Shown here one piece after another: positions 26,796 through 37,081 of a stretch of DNA of 64,000 nucleotides. The notes below the pieces were generated by a model. That model did no database searches. It had not been told where the DNA came from and worked only from the letters and a program-made list of their open reading frames with translations. Source of the DNA: Chitinophagales bacterium (GTDB lineage: Bacteria; Bacteroidota; Bacteroidia; Chitinophagales; CAIODY01). Both the position numbers and the translations under genes were made by a program. The stretch lies in the NCBI GenBank assembly GCA_026461075.1, contig JAPJNH010000107.1, positions 1,127 through 65,126 on the forward strand. Direction: 5' to 3'. Within the stretch, counting starts at the first letter, position 1. Each line of letters begins with the position of its first letter.

Positions 26796-28691
26796 ATGTG
26801 CGGAATTACCGGCGTAATAGCCCATACAGACGGTACTAAACATTATCTCCAAGCTATTCATGCTGCGACTGCTGCTATGGATAAAAGAGGACCTGACCAA
26901 GCAGGTATTTTTACAGAAGGACCGTTGGCATTAGGCCATAAACGCCTTTCCATTATCGATACGAGTCATGCGGCACAACAGCCCTTTACAGATATTACAG
27001 GTAATTATACCTTGGTATTTAATGGAGAGATTTATAATTACCAAACACTCAAAGAAAGTCTAATTGCAAAAGGATATTCCTTTGTCTCTAGCTCTGATAC
27101 CGAAGTTTTGTTGTATCATCTCATTGAGTTTGGAGTAGAGAAAGGCATTGCAGCGGTGGATGGTGAATTTGCTTTTGCCTTCTTCGATAAACATGCTGGG
27201 CAATTGTATGTGGTACGTGATCGCTTTGGAATCAAGCCCCTATACTACTTTCAACAAAAAGACATTTTCTGTTTTGCTTCGGAATTAAAAGCCTTAGTTC
27301 ATTTTCCATTTAAGAAATCAATCGATAAAGCCGCTTTACAAGCCTATTTTCATCTCAACTATATCCCGTCTCCGTTAAGTATTTACGATGGCGTTAGAAA
27401 ACTGATGCCCGGACATTGGATGAAAATCGACCTCAATGGAAACTCCGCTACGCAACGCTATTACGAAGTAAAGGCAGGCGAAAAAACCACTAAGACATTT
27501 AATGAGGCAAAGATTGAATTAAGAAATTTATTGGAAACGTCTGTTCAACGAAGAATGGTGGCAGATGTACCCTTAGGGACTTTCCTTAGTGGAGGTATCG
27601 ACTCTTCCATTATCACAGCAATCGCTTCTCAGAACACCAAACATCTACAATCCTTTTCCATTGGTTTTGCCGACGAGCCATTATTCGATGAAACAGCCTA
27701 TGCAAGGCTGATGGCGAATCAATTGAAAACAGAACATACCGTCTTCTCGCTCCGAAATGCAGATCTTTACGCGCATCTTTTTGATATACTTGATTACTTG
27801 GATGAACCCTTTGCAGACTCCTCTGCTCTAGCGGTTTATATATTGAGTAAAGAGACTAGAAAGCACGTTACAGTAGTACTTTCGGGTGACGGAGCCGATG
27901 AAATTTTTGCAGGCTATAATAAGCATGCAGCCGAGTTAAAGATTAGAGAGAAAAGTATCAGCAATGCCTTGTTATCCTATACGAGCTTCTTGCTTCCTTT
28001 TTTGCCGAAGTCGAGAAACAGTACTTTCGGTAATAAATTCCGTCAGCTTGAGAAATATGTGAACGGCCTAAAATGGAGTGCTCCGGAACGTTATTGGCAA
28101 TGGGCAAGATGGGCAGGCCTGTCAGAAAAAGGATTGTTGAAGAATGAGTATACTGACGAAGTGCGCTACCAAGCTCTGAAAGAAGACTGTTTGAAGGCTT
28201 GTAATAATGAGTTCGACTCCGTGCTCCGAACAGACTTACGATTGGTATTAGAAAACGATATGCTCGTTAAAACAGATCGAATGAGTATGGCGAATTCATT
28301 AGAAATGCGCGTGCCATTTTTAGATCATGCGATTGTCGACTTTGCCTTCACTTTGCCAACGGAATATAAAATCAACAAAGCACATCGTAAACATATATTG
28401 AAAGAAGCCTTCGCGGATCAACTACCGCAAGAGCTGTTTAATAGAGGAAAGAAAGGCTTTGAAGTTCCTTTGCTACGCTGGTTTCAAGGCGAATTAAAAT
28501 CTTTGATTGAAGACGATTTATTAAGTCGTGAACTCGTTGAACGGCAAGGCATCTTTAATTATTCAATCATAGAAATGGTAAAAAACAAATTGTATTCTAA
28601 CAGTCCGAACGACGCCGTAGAACAAATTTGGGCTTTACTTGTCTTTCAAATTTGGTGGAAGAAAAATCACCTATCCCTCGAACAAAATTAA
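26796..28691 (+). CDS. asnB: Asparagine synthase (glutamine-hydrolysing), glycan-locus type amidotransferase
   Basis: N-terminal MCGI, RGPD, LGH.RLSIID, NGEIYN, RDRFGIKPLY, LSGGIDSS, SGDGADE, K.GF.VP. Confidence 0.93.
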   Translation: MCGITGVIAHTDGTKHYLQAIHAATAAMDKRGPDQAGIFTEGPLALGHKRLSIIDTSHAAQQPFTDITGNYTLVFNGEIYNYQTLKESLIAKGYSFVSSSDTEVLLYHLIEFGVEKGIAAVDGEFAFAFFDKHAGQLYVVRDRFGIKPLYYFQQKDIFCFASELKALVHFPFKKSIDKAALQAYFHLNYIPSPLSIYDGVRKLMPGHWMKIDLNGNSATQRYYEVKAGEKTTKTFNEAKIELRNLLETSVQRRMVADVPLGTFLSGGIDSSIITAIASQNTKHLQSFSIGFADEPLFDETAYARLMANQLKTEHTVFSLRNADLYAHLFDILDYLDEPFADSSALAVYILSKETRKHVTVVLSGDGADEIFAGYNKHAAELKIREKSISNALLSYTSFLLPFLPKSRNSTFGNKFRQLEKYVNGLKWSAPERYWQWARWAGLSEKGLLKNEYTDEVRYQALKEDCLKACNNEFDSVLRTDLRLVLENDMLVKTDRMSMANSLEMRVPFLDHAIVDFAFTLPTEYKINKAHRKHILKEAFADQLPQELFNRGKKGFEVPLLRWFQGELKSLIEDDLLSRELVERQGIFNYSIIEMVKNKLYSNSPNDAVEQIWALLVFQIWWKKNHLSLEQN

Positions 28692-28729
28692 TTTTCAAAT
28701 CCATTACACGCTATAATCTAGAATCACTC

Positions 28730-29974
28730 ATGGCTAATCCTCCTCGTGTATTAAGAATCATCAACCGTTTGAATTTAGGTGGACCAACCTATAATGCGAC
28801 TTATCTAACGAAGCATTTGGCACCTGAGTTTGAAACTTTATTTCTTGCGGGGAATAAAGATGAAACGGAGGCTAGTAGCGAATTCATTGTAGAAAGTCAA
28901 GGATTAAAAGCGCGTTATATCGATGGGATGTATCGTAGCATTAATCTTAAAAAGGATTGGAAAGCATATTGGGAAATCAGAAAAGTAATTAGAGAATTTA
29001 AACCAGATATCGTTCATACACATGCTGCAAAAGCAGGTGCGCTAGGACGTTTGGCGGCGATTCATGAAAAAGTACCTATCATAGTACATACCTTCCACGG
29101 ACACGTATTTCACTCCTACTTCAACTCTTTCAAGAATAAAATTTTTATCAAGATTGAGCAATATTTAGCCAAAAAATCAACGGCTATTATTGCCATTAGT
29201 GATTTGCAAAAGAAAGAGCTAACCAAAGATTTTAATATTTGTGAAGCAGACAAAGTGCATGTCGTTCCATTAGGTTTCGATTTGGAACGCTTTAGAAATA
29301 ATACAACGGAGAAGAGAGAAATATTTAGAAAGTATTACGGGTTGGAGGAGAACGAAGTTGCCGTAGGTATTATCGGTCGATTGGTGCCGATAAAAAACCA
29401 TCCTATGTTTTTGAAGGTGGCTAAATATGTGAAGGAAGGCGTACAAAACAAAGTTAAATTTTTCATTATAGGCGATGGAGAAGATCGTCAAGCTTTAGAA
29501 TTACAATGTGCTGAAATGGGCCTCCGATTGGGCATTCGCCACTGGTCGGAACTAGCAAGCGAGCAACAAGCGCAAATGAGTAAAAACGAAGCGATGGATG
29601 TAGACATCGTATTTTGCTCTTGGATGCAAGATATCCCCGTTGCATTAGCCGGATTGGATGTGGTGGCGATGACTTCATTAAATGAAGGTACACCTGTCAG
29701 TTTGATCGAAGCCTTGGCCGCAGGCAAACCTGTTGTCAGTACAAATGTTGGTGGCGTAGCCAATGTCGTTCAGGATGGCATTACCGGATTCTTAACGAAA
29801 ACGAGCGAAGGAAAAGCCTTTACACAGCATGTAAAAAACTTAGTGGCTAACCGCATGCTCCGTGAGCGAATGGGCGCTCTAGGCTATGATTCGGTTGTAA
29901 ATAAATATGGCTACCAACGCCTGGTTGGAGACGTTCGTAGCCTATATCAAAACTTGTTAAGTAAAAAGAATTAA
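28730..29974 (+). CDS. GT4 family glycosyltransferase
   Basis: PDIVHTH.AKAG.LGR, HTFHGH, GRLVPIKN, SLNEGTPVSLIEALAAGKPVV; ATG 28730. Confidence 0.92.
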   Translation: MANPPRVLRIINRLNLGGPTYNATYLTKHLAPEFETLFLAGNKDETEASSEFIVESQGLKARYIDGMYRSINLKKDWKAYWEIRKVIREFKPDIVHTHAAKAGALGRLAAIHEKVPIIVHTFHGHVFHSYFNSFKNKIFIKIEQYLAKKSTAIIAISDLQKKELTKDFNICEADKVHVVPLGFDLERFRNNTTEKREIFRKYYGLEENEVAVGIIGRLVPIKNHPMFLKVAKYVKEGVQNKVKFFIIGDGEDRQALELQCAEMGLRLGIRHWSELASEQQAQMSKNEAMDVDIVFCSWMQDIPVALAGLDVVAMTSLNEGTPVSLIEALAAGKPVVSTNVGGVANVVQDGITGFLTKTSEGKAFTQHVKNLVANRMLRERMGALGYDSVVNKYGYQRLVGDVRSLYQNLLSKKN

Positions 29975-30540
29975 GCGACCGAAGCGCAAAGCTTTTCGAA
30001 GATATCGTCGATAGAACCTTCTCCTGCTACTTCAGACAATTTGCCCTGTGCACGGTAATAATCTGCTACCGGAGCCGTTTTATTACGATATTCCACTACA
30101 CGATTGCGAATGATATTCTCATCTTGATCGTCGGTACGTCCGCTAGTAGCACCACGGCCAAGTAGACGTTTTACCAACTCTTCCTCCCCTACTAAAAGCG
30201 AAAGAACGTTGCCAACTGGAATTTGCTTCAATTCCATTAATTTATCCAAAGCCTCCGCTTGCGGTATCGTACGCGGAAAACCATCGAAAATATAGCCCTT
30301 TACAGAATTTACAGTCGCATCAATTTTTGTGCTGATCATTCCAATCACCACTTCGTCAGGAACCAATAAACCTTGATCCATAAACTTCTTCGCCTCCATA
30401 CCTAAGGCCGTTTGCTCCTTAATCTCGTTGCGCAAGATATCTCCTGTGCTCAAATGTTGCAAGCCGTACTTCGCAATTAACTTCTCTGCCTGTGTTCCTT
30501 TGCCACTGCCCGGAGGTCCAAATAATATAAGATTTAACAT
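29971..30540 (-). CDS. adk: Adenylate kinase (short LID)
   Basis: GPPGSGKGTQ, STGDILR, G.LVPD, FDGFPRT..QA, GRTDD. Confidence 0.97.
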   Translation of the reverse strand: MLNLILFGPPGSGKGTQAEKLIAKYGLQHLSTGDILRNEIKEQTALGMEAKKFMDQGLLVPDEVVIGMISTKIDATVNSVKGYIFDGFPRTIPQAEALDKLMELKQIPVGNVLSLLVGEEELVKRLLGRGATSGRTDDQDENIIRNRVVEYRNKTAPVADYYRAQGKLSEVAGEGSIDDIFEKLCASVA

Positions 30541-30649
30541 AATTGTAAATTATCCGACAAAACTAATTAATAAGTGCGATTTTCAAAGGAGAAACTAAAG
30601 TTTGAAACACTGATTTTTTTCAGGAAATTCGCCTTATTAATCCTTAGCT

Positions 30650-32977
30650 ATGAAACACCTCTCTTTTAGTCTATTATTTTGTTTGTTGAGCCTATGTTCC
30701 AATAGCAGCTTCGGGCAGGATAGCCCTATTATTCCGCAACCTCAAAGCATTCGAGCTTTAAAAGGTTCTTGCGCTTTAGATAAGTTGAACAGAATTGTCA
30801 TTACCGAATCCTCGCAAATGTCCTTGGCGACAGCAATTTTAAAGAATCTAGGAAGCTATTTAAAAAAAGAAACTAGCATTGTTTTAAGCCCAAATCTCAG
30901 TACTACGCTTCCTGGTAAAAACAATGAAATCCTACTCACGTTAAACAAACAATTAGGAAAAGAAGAATATCAGCTAAATATAAACAGCAAGTCTATCGAG
31001 ATAATTTACGGCGGAGAAGCTGGAGGCTTTTACGCCATGCAGAGTCTTTTACAACTCGCTCAAAATGCGAAAGAAAGCAATAAAAACAAAATCGTTTGTC
31101 AGCTGATAGAAGACGCTCCACGCGTATCTTGGCGCGGGATGCATCTAGACGTTTCTCGTCATTTCTTCCCTATCGATTCCATTAAACGTTATATCGATGT
31201 GATGGCAATCTATAAAATGAACACCTTACATTGGCACCTTACCGATGATCAAGGTTGGAGGATCGAAATCAAAAAATATCCGAAGCTGACACAGATAGGT
31301 TCCAAAAGAAAGGAAACAATGATTGCTAAAAACTTCTTACCATTCATTGGCGACGACACCCCTTATGGCGGCTATTATACACAGGAACAAATTAAAGAGC
31401 TGGTTCAATATGCTGCTGCTAAACACATCACCATTGTTCCTGAAATTGAAATGCCTGGTCATGCACTCGCTGCACTCGCTGCTTATCCAGAATATAGTTG
31501 CAATGGAGGTCCATTCGAAACCCTCACCAAATGGGGTATTAGCGAAGATGTATTTTGTCCGAAAGAAGAAACCTTTGTTTTCTTAAAAGACATTCTTTCT
31601 GAAGTAATGCAACTATTCCCTTCAAGCTATATTCATATTGGCGGAGATGAAGTGCCTAAGACACGTTGGAAGACCTGTCCGCATTGTCAAGGCATTATTA
31701 AAGCAAAAGGACTGAACGACGAAAATGAATTACAAAGTTATTTTATACATAGAATCGATTCCTTCATCACCGCAAGTGGAAGACATACGCTTGGATGGGA
31801 CGAGATTTTGGAAGGAGGCTTAGCCCCTGGTGCTGCAGTGATGAGCTGGAGAGGAATACAAGGTGGTATCGAAGCCGCAAAACAACACCATGAAGTAATT
31901 ATGTGTCCAGGTACACATTGCTATTTTGATCATTACCAAGGTTATCAAAAAACTGAACCCCTTGCGATCGGTGGTTATACAACGGTTCAAAAGGCTTATC
32001 AATTTAATCCTATTCCAAGCGGACTAAGCACTGAAGAAGAATCCTATATTTTAGGAGGACAAGCGAATATCTGGACGGAATATATTCCGACTTGGCATCA
32101 AGTTGAATATATGTTATTACCAAGAATGTTGGCGTTAAGCGAAGCACTCTGGACTAAGATGCCACAAACAGGAAATGGAAGAGATTTCGACCGATTCTTA
32201 CCTCGCTTATTGCCACAAATGAATCGATTACAAAAGGCGGGATATACAGTAGCACAATCCATTTACGATTTACAATTAGAGTTGCAAGCTATCCCAGACA
32301 CGAATGGAATACGCGTGTCGCTCAAGAGTCCATTTAAAGGCGGTCAGATTCACTATACCTTAAACGATAGCTTGCCGAAATTAAGCGATCCTGTTTTAAG
32401 TGGACCCATAGATATCTATCGTCACAAAACCATGACTGCTGCGTATTTTGAGAATGGCGTTCGAAAAGGAAATGTTTGGAAACAAACTATTTGGCCGAGC
32501 GGTGCTACCGGTAAAAAAGTAAGCTTCGATCACGCCCCTTCGCCTTCGTATAATTACGGCGGATCTCTTACAATCAATGATGGAATTATCGGCGACCGTC
32601 CCTGGTATGGTCGTGATTGGCTAGGCTGGAGCGGAGATGACGTTTCTATCGTAATAGATTTAGGTAGTAAAAAACCTATACTTCACACGTACATTTCAAC
32701 ATTAAAAGATGAGCCTAGTTGGATTTATGGACCTAAAGAAGTGGCCGTCTATGTTAGCGATGATAACTTAATTTTCACGCAAGTAATGAAGTATGGAAAG
32801 GAAGAAATAAAAATGTTCAACGAACAATTCCCATTCTTTATGAATGGTTGGAGTGGTCGTTATGTGCGTGTCGATGTAAAAAATCAAGGTATCATTCCAG
32901 AAGGTAAAAATGGTGCCGGAGAAAAAGCTTGGCTCTTTATCGACGAAATCATGATCTTCACGGAACAAGATCAATAA
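30650..32977 (+). CDS. GH20 beta-N-acetylhexosaminidase with C-terminal accessory (Fn3/CHB-like and F5/8-type) domains
   Basis: Signal peptide; RGMHLDVSRHF, HWHLTDDQGWR, PEIEMPGH, HIGGDE, GGQANIWTEY. Confidence 0.95.
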   Translation: MKHLSFSLLFCLLSLCSNSSFGQDSPIIPQPQSIRALKGSCALDKLNRIVITESSQMSLATAILKNLGSYLKKETSIVLSPNLSTTLPGKNNEILLTLNKQLGKEEYQLNINSKSIEIIYGGEAGGFYAMQSLLQLAQNAKESNKNKIVCQLIEDAPRVSWRGMHLDVSRHFFPIDSIKRYIDVMAIYKMNTLHWHLTDDQGWRIEIKKYPKLTQIGSKRKETMIAKNFLPFIGDDTPYGGYYTQEQIKELVQYAAAKHITIVPEIEMPGHALAALAAYPEYSCNGGPFETLTKWGISEDVFCPKEETFVFLKDILSEVMQLFPSSYIHIGGDEVPKTRWKTCPHCQGIIKAKGLNDENELQSYFIHRIDSFITASGRHTLGWDEILEGGLAPGAAVMSWRGIQGGIEAAKQHHEVIMCPGTHCYFDHYQGYQKTEPLAIGGYTTVQKAYQFNPIPSGLSTEEESYILGGQANIWTEYIPTWHQVEYMLLPRMLALSEALWTKMPQTGNGRDFDRFLPRLLPQMNRLQKAGYTVAQSIYDLQLELQAIPDTNGIRVSLKSPFKGGQIHYTLNDSLPKLSDPVLSGPIDIYRHKTMTAAYFENGVRKGNVWKQTIWPSGATGKKVSFDHAPSPSYNYGGSLTINDGIIGDRPWYGRDWLGWSGDDVSIVIDLGSKKPILHTYISTLKDEPSWIYGPKEVAVYVSDDNLIFTQVMKYGKEEIKMFNEQFPFFMNGWSGRYVRVDVKNQGIIPEGKNGAGEKAWLFIDEIMIFTEQDQ

Positions 32978-32979
32978 GT

Positions 32980-33048
32980 TCACAATTATTCATCATTCAT
33001 CTCCCGAATAATCGGGACATTATTCATTATTCATTATTCATTAATTAT
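32980..33048. repeat. Heptamer (TATTCAT) tandem repeats interrupted by a TCCCGA-ataa-TCGGGA palindrome
   Basis: tcacaat tattcat cattcat c-tcccgaataatcggga-cat tattcat tattcat tattcat taattat. Confidence 0.8.
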
Positions 33049-33538
33049 GCACCCTCCCTATTACGACTACTACATCAACTTAACGAACACCAAAGACCCT
33101 ATGCAAGCCTTACGCGAGACCTGGATGAAGGAACGCGATTGGTTAGAAAAACTGACTGAAGAAGATATGTCGAAGGCGTATGCAGAAGGGAAATGGACGG
33201 TTCAACAAGTGATTCAACATCTTATCGACTGTGAACGCATTTTAAGTTTTAGAGCTTTGTCCATTTCAAGAGGCGAACAAGCTTCATTACCTGGCTTCGA
33301 TGAAAACGCTTATGCTGACGCAAGCAAAGATTGCAAAAGCGATCTAGTAGCCTTAAAAGAAGAATATCAAGCGGTGCGCTGGTCGACTGTAGCTTTATTC
33401 CATGCCATGTCTGAAGAACAAATCAATAAAATTGGCAAGGCAAATAACAATGCTACCAATCCAAAATCTATAGCTCTTTTTCTTGCAGGACATGCACTAC
33501 ATCATTGGAACGTGCTTCACACTAGATATCTAGCGTGA
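33047..33538 (+). CDS. DinB/YfiT-like protein
   Basis: YAEGKWT..QVIQHLIDCER, LPGFDE..YA, GHALHH. Confidence 0.88.
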   Translation: MHPPYYDYYINLTNTKDPMQALRETWMKERDWLEKLTEEDMSKAYAEGKWTVQQVIQHLIDCERILSFRALSISRGEQASLPGFDENAYADASKDCKSDLVALKEEYQAVRWSTVALFHAMSEEQINKIGKANNNATNPKSIALFLAGHALHHWNVLHTRYLA

Positions 33539-34612
33539 TTGCTGGTTCAGTAGACGTTGATATAAATCGGTAACAGTACGCATGTTTTTAAACCAATTCC
33601 CTTTTGCTTCCAAAAGAGGTTGATTGATTTCGAACATGCGTTTTTGTATATTTTCGTAATCCGCTTTAACGGTAAGAATCCTTTCTGCTAAGTCTTTCAC
33701 ACCGTGTACAGGGACAAAATAACCTGTTTTGTCGTGTTCGATCCAAAACTTGTTCGCCTCGATTTCACTCACGATACTTACACAACCGCAAGCCATTCCT
33801 TCACTCAAAGAAACGCTGTTTCCATCAGAGCTCGACATGCTGATAAACACATGACTGTTTCTTAACTTTTCAGCTAATTCTGGCTGACGCATACGCCCAA
33901 GGAAACGTACCTTATCAGTTAAACCGTGTTCGGCTACTAAGCTTTTTATCTGCGACTCCAAAGTCCCTACCCCTGCCATCCATAACTCAAAATTCCCGAG
34001 CTGCTCTTTAATAAGCGCAATTGCATGAATCAAATCAGGAATATTATAGACCTCCTCAAAATTACGCGTACTCATAATAACGAAAGGCTCCTTTGCGGTA
34101 GCACGTCCACTTGCATTGAATACAGCGGGGTCGATTCCGAAGGGCAACAATTGAATTTTATCACCTGGCAAACCGTAAGAAATCGAAACATCTTTCATTT
34201 GCTGCGACATCGTCGTAGAAGCATCTACACGACGATAGGCAAAACGCAATAAGGCGCGAAGAATTTTTGAATTGCGCGGACTGATTAAAATATCGGAGCC
34301 GAGGCTAGAGATCACGAAAGGATGATAATTCACCAATGCACCTGTAATACCATAACTAGTGGCATACAAAGCATGGAAAACATCGGGTTGAATACTTTTA
34401 ACAATTTTACGAACCTTTCTATATTGCAACAAAACGCGCCAATTACCGCCCTGTACCGCGATTGGACCGGCGTCGACATGATAACACTTTGTGCCTGGCA
34501 CTTCCGCCTTCGTAAAGGAAATCAAATGCACCTCATGCCCTTCGCCAATAAAAAATTGACACCATCTCTCTAGGTGAATACTACCAGCGTCGCCAAATAA
34601 ACAGATTCGCAC
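33530..34612 (-). CDS. GT4 family glycosyltransferase
   Basis: S.HL.RWC, PDVFHALY, SLGSDIL, S.SDG.SVSL.EGMACG; probable GTG start 34612. Confidence 0.88.
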   Translation of the reverse strand: MRICLFGDAGSIHLERWCQFFIGEGHEVHLISFTKAEVPGTKCYHVDAGPIAVQGGNWRVLLQYRKVRKIVKSIQPDVFHALYATSYGITGALVNYHPFVISSLGSDILISPRNSKILRALLRFAYRRVDASTTMSQQMKDVSISYGLPGDKIQLLPFGIDPAVFNASGRATAKEPFVIMSTRNFEEVYNIPDLIHAIALIKEQLGNFELWMAGVGTLESQIKSLVAEHGLTDKVRFLGRMRQPELAEKLRNSHVFISMSSSDGNSVSLSEGMACGCVSIVSEIEANKFWIEHDKTGYFVPVHGVKDLAERILTVKADYENIQKRMFEINQPLLEAKGNWFKNMRTVTDLYQRLLNQQSR

Positions 34613-34639
34613 TTTTATTAAATTATAAGACGAAAGTAC

Positions 34640-34677
34640 AAAAAAAAATCCCTTCACTATTGCTAGGAAGGGATTTT
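34640..34677 (-). terminator. Intrinsic terminator of the tRNA gene
   Basis: AAAATCCCTTC...GAAGGGATTTT followed by a T run on the minus strand. Confidence 0.85.
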
Positions 34678-34679
34678 CG

Positions 34680-34753
34680 TGCGCCCACATGGACTTGAAC
34701 CAAGGACCCCCTGATTATGAGTCAGATGCTCTAACCAACTGAGCTATAGGCGC
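34680..34753 (-). tRNA. tRNA with CAT anticodon, most likely tRNA-Ile2 (lysidine)
   Basis: GCGCCTATAGCTCAGTTGGTTAGAGCATCTGACTCATAATCAGGGGGTCCTTGGTTCAAGTCCATGTGGGCGCA. Acceptor stem GCGCCTA/TGGGCGC, loop CTCATAA; CCA not encoded; one T-T mismatch in the T-stem. Confidence 0.93.
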
Positions 34754-34820
34754 CTACTAATCTTTTTGAAAAGCGTTGCAAAAATAACAATAATTTCGCG
34801 TCTGCAAAATATATTGTGCC

Positions 34821-35456
34821 ATGATCGACTTGCAAAAAATTGACAATATCATCTTCGACTTAGGAGGTGTACTATTTGACATCGACTATCATCTTTCTGC
34901 GAATGCGTTTGAAGAATTAGGAATTCCAGATTTTAAAAAACTCTATTCCCAAGCACATCAAAACGATTGGTTCGACAATTTTGAAATCGGTAGAATCAAT
35001 CAGCGAGAACTACTCGCCTATTTACACGAACATATCCCCGGCAATCATCAAGATGCAGATTTTATACGTTGCTGGAATGCGATGTTACTTGGCATGGAGC
35101 CTATCAAATTCGAGACCTTAAAAAAAATCCGTCCCCACTTCAAACTCTTTCTCCTAAGCAACGCCAACGAATTACATCTGCCGCAAGTAGAACGAATGAT
35201 TGAAGAAAAAAATCCCGGTCAAACACTACAAGCACATTTCGACCAATTATATTTTTCGCATTTAATCGGTCTTAGAAAGCCGCATCCTGAAAGCTTTTTA
35301 AAAATCATCCACGATCATCAGCTAAACATAGAACGCACCTTGTTCTTGGATGACTCCATCCAACATGTGGAAGGAGCAAAAGCTATCGGTTTGAATGCTG
35401 CATTAATCACAAAGGATTTTAATACTGAAGTAGTATTTAGCCAATTCCTTTTGTAA
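34821..35456 (+). CDS. HAD family phosphatase
   Basis: IIFDLGGVL, LLSNAN, RKP, LFLDDS. Confidence 0.92.
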   Translation: MIDLQKIDNIIFDLGGVLFDIDYHLSANAFEELGIPDFKKLYSQAHQNDWFDNFEIGRINQRELLAYLHEHIPGNHQDADFIRCWNAMLLGMEPIKFETLKKIRPHFKLFLLSNANELHLPQVERMIEEKNPGQTLQAHFDQLYFSHLIGLRKPHPESFLKIIHDHQLNIERTLFLDDSIQHVEGAKAIGLNAALITKDFNTEVVFSQFLL

Positions 35457-35465
35457 CTTTACGAT

Positions 35466-36554
35466 ATGCTGCATTCGGAGAATAATTTTGTGGTAATCAT
35501 GGCTGGCGGTGTCGGTAGTAGATTTTGGCCTATGAGTCGAAATAACAGACCGAAGCAATTTCTGGATGTGCTCGCATCTGGCAAAACACTTTTGCAACTC
35601 ACCTACGAGCGATTCCTTAAAATTTGCAATCCCGAAAACATCTTTATTGTTAGCAATGAACAGTACAAAGGACTGATAGCAGAACAACTAGGCGATGTAC
35701 CTGAAAGTCAATTCCTGTTTGAACCCAGCAGAAAAAATACAGCTCCGTGTATTGCATACGCTTGTCATTTTATCGCTAAAAAGAATCCTAAAGCAAACAT
35801 AGTCATTGCAGCTTCTGATCACTATATCGTAAGAGAAAAAGTGTTTTTAGAAGTAGTAGAGAAAGCTTTAACACACGTTGCGACGCATAATCATCTAGTA
35901 ACTCTTGGTATACATCCTACTCGTCCTGACACCGGCTATGGTTATATCCAGTTCATTGACGAAAAGAACGATCAAGGTATTTATAAAGTAAAGACGTTCA
36001 CAGAAAAACCGAACTTCGAACTAGCCGTACAATTTATCAATAGTGGTGAATTCTTATGGAATAGTGGGATGTTCGTTTGGAACGTAAACACAATCATCAA
36101 CGCGATCCATCAACATATGCCAGACATCTTCGAAGCATTTAAAGGCTACGAAAAAGTTATTGGCACCAAGGATGAATCGAAATTTCTAGACAAAGCTTAT
36201 TCAATTTGTCCGAACACCTCTATCGATTTCGGCGTAATGGAAAAAGCGAGTAATGTGCGCGTCATCCCTTCCAACTTCGGTTGGTCGGACGTGGGCACAT
36301 GGAAATCGCTATACTCCTTACGTGAGCACGATTATCATGGCAATGCAGTGAATGGAAAACAAGTGATGTTATACGATGCTACCAATAACATGATTCATGT
36401 GCCGGATGAAAAACTTGTCGTGATTCAAGGGCTAGAAGACTATGTGGTTATTGATACGCCTGATGTGTTGCTCATCTGCGCGAAAGATCAAGAGCAAAAA
36501 ATAAAGGACTTCACCATAGACATCAAACGTAATAAGGGAGAGCGCTTCCTTTAA
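35466..36554 (+). CDS. Mannose-1-phosphate guanylyltransferase
   Basis: IMAGGVGSRFWPMSR...PKQFL, EP..KNTAPCI, GYGYI, F.EKP, WNSGMF, WSDVGTW. Confidence 0.94.
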   Translation: MLHSENNFVVIMAGGVGSRFWPMSRNNRPKQFLDVLASGKTLLQLTYERFLKICNPENIFIVSNEQYKGLIAEQLGDVPESQFLFEPSRKNTAPCIAYACHFIAKKNPKANIVIAASDHYIVREKVFLEVVEKALTHVATHNHLVTLGIHPTRPDTGYGYIQFIDEKNDQGIYKVKTFTEKPNFELAVQFINSGEFLWNSGMFVWNVNTIINAIHQHMPDIFEAFKGYEKVIGTKDESKFLDKAYSICPNTSIDFGVMEKASNVRVIPSNFGWSDVGTWKSLYSLREHDYHGNAVNGKQVMLYDATNNMIHVPDEKLVVIQGLEDYVVIDTPDVLLICAKDQEQKIKDFTIDIKRNKGERFL

Positions 36555-37081
36555 TATTGATTACGCTCGAAGGTTTCATCAAACTGTACCCAATCCTCTT
36601 CCAAACTCTTAACGGGGGTTTCAACTATTCGACCAATTTCTTTGCCATTGCGCAAGAAGATGAATGTTGGAATACGTTCTATCTTAAACTTCTTATCCTC
36701 ACGACCCAAGGCATGTTTTTTATGATCGACACCATGCATCACAATTCGGCGCATAGGGAAATTTGCATCCTGTAAAATATGATAAAAACGAGGCAATTGC
36801 TCCTTCGTATCTCCACACCAAGTTCCCGCAAATATTATTATTTCATCTTCACGGCCAGATGCCTTTAATTGCGAAATAGCAAGGCCTTTCGGGTGATAAC
36901 TCCTATACTCTATATCAAACCAGGCAAATGCAGTATCACGTTGCAATTCTTCAAAAGACATTAAGCCTTTAATCACCTTATTATTTTTTTCATCATAACT
37001 AATCACTCTGTCTTTAGTCATAGAAATGAAACTAATACAAAGAACTCCGAAACAAAGTATAACTAGAGCAAAAGACTTCAT
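36551..37081 (-). CDS. Exported thioredoxin-like protein with a CxxT site
   Basis: Signal peptide; GTWCGDT, I..IPTFIF..NGKEIGRIVE. Confidence 0.8.
   Translation of the reverse strand: MKSFALVILCFGVLCISFISMTKDRVISYDEKNNKVIKGLMSFEELQRDTAFAWFDIEYRSYHPKGLAISQLKASGREDEIIIFAGTWCGDTKEQLPRFYHILQDANFPMRRIVMHGVDHKKHALGREDKKFKIERIPTFIFLRNGKEIGRIVETPVKSLEEDWVQFDETFERNQY

Noticed and set aside
32980-33048. CRISPR array
   Set aside because: The units are 7 nt with no unique spacers, and there are no cas genes.
24038-34612. Selenoneine (senABC-like) or other selenometabolite cluster made of selD plus nearby GT4 and DinB genes
   Set aside because: The glycosyltransferases are 3.6-8 kb away, not co-transcribed with selD, and look like ordinary glycan GT4s. 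No EgtB/SenA-like FGE-sulfatase domain is present. mnmH already explains selD.
33530-34753. Genomic island integrated at the tRNA 3' end
   Set aside because: No integrase and no repeated tRNA 3' segment seen. The terminator directly follows the tRNA, and the next gene is an ordinary GT4.
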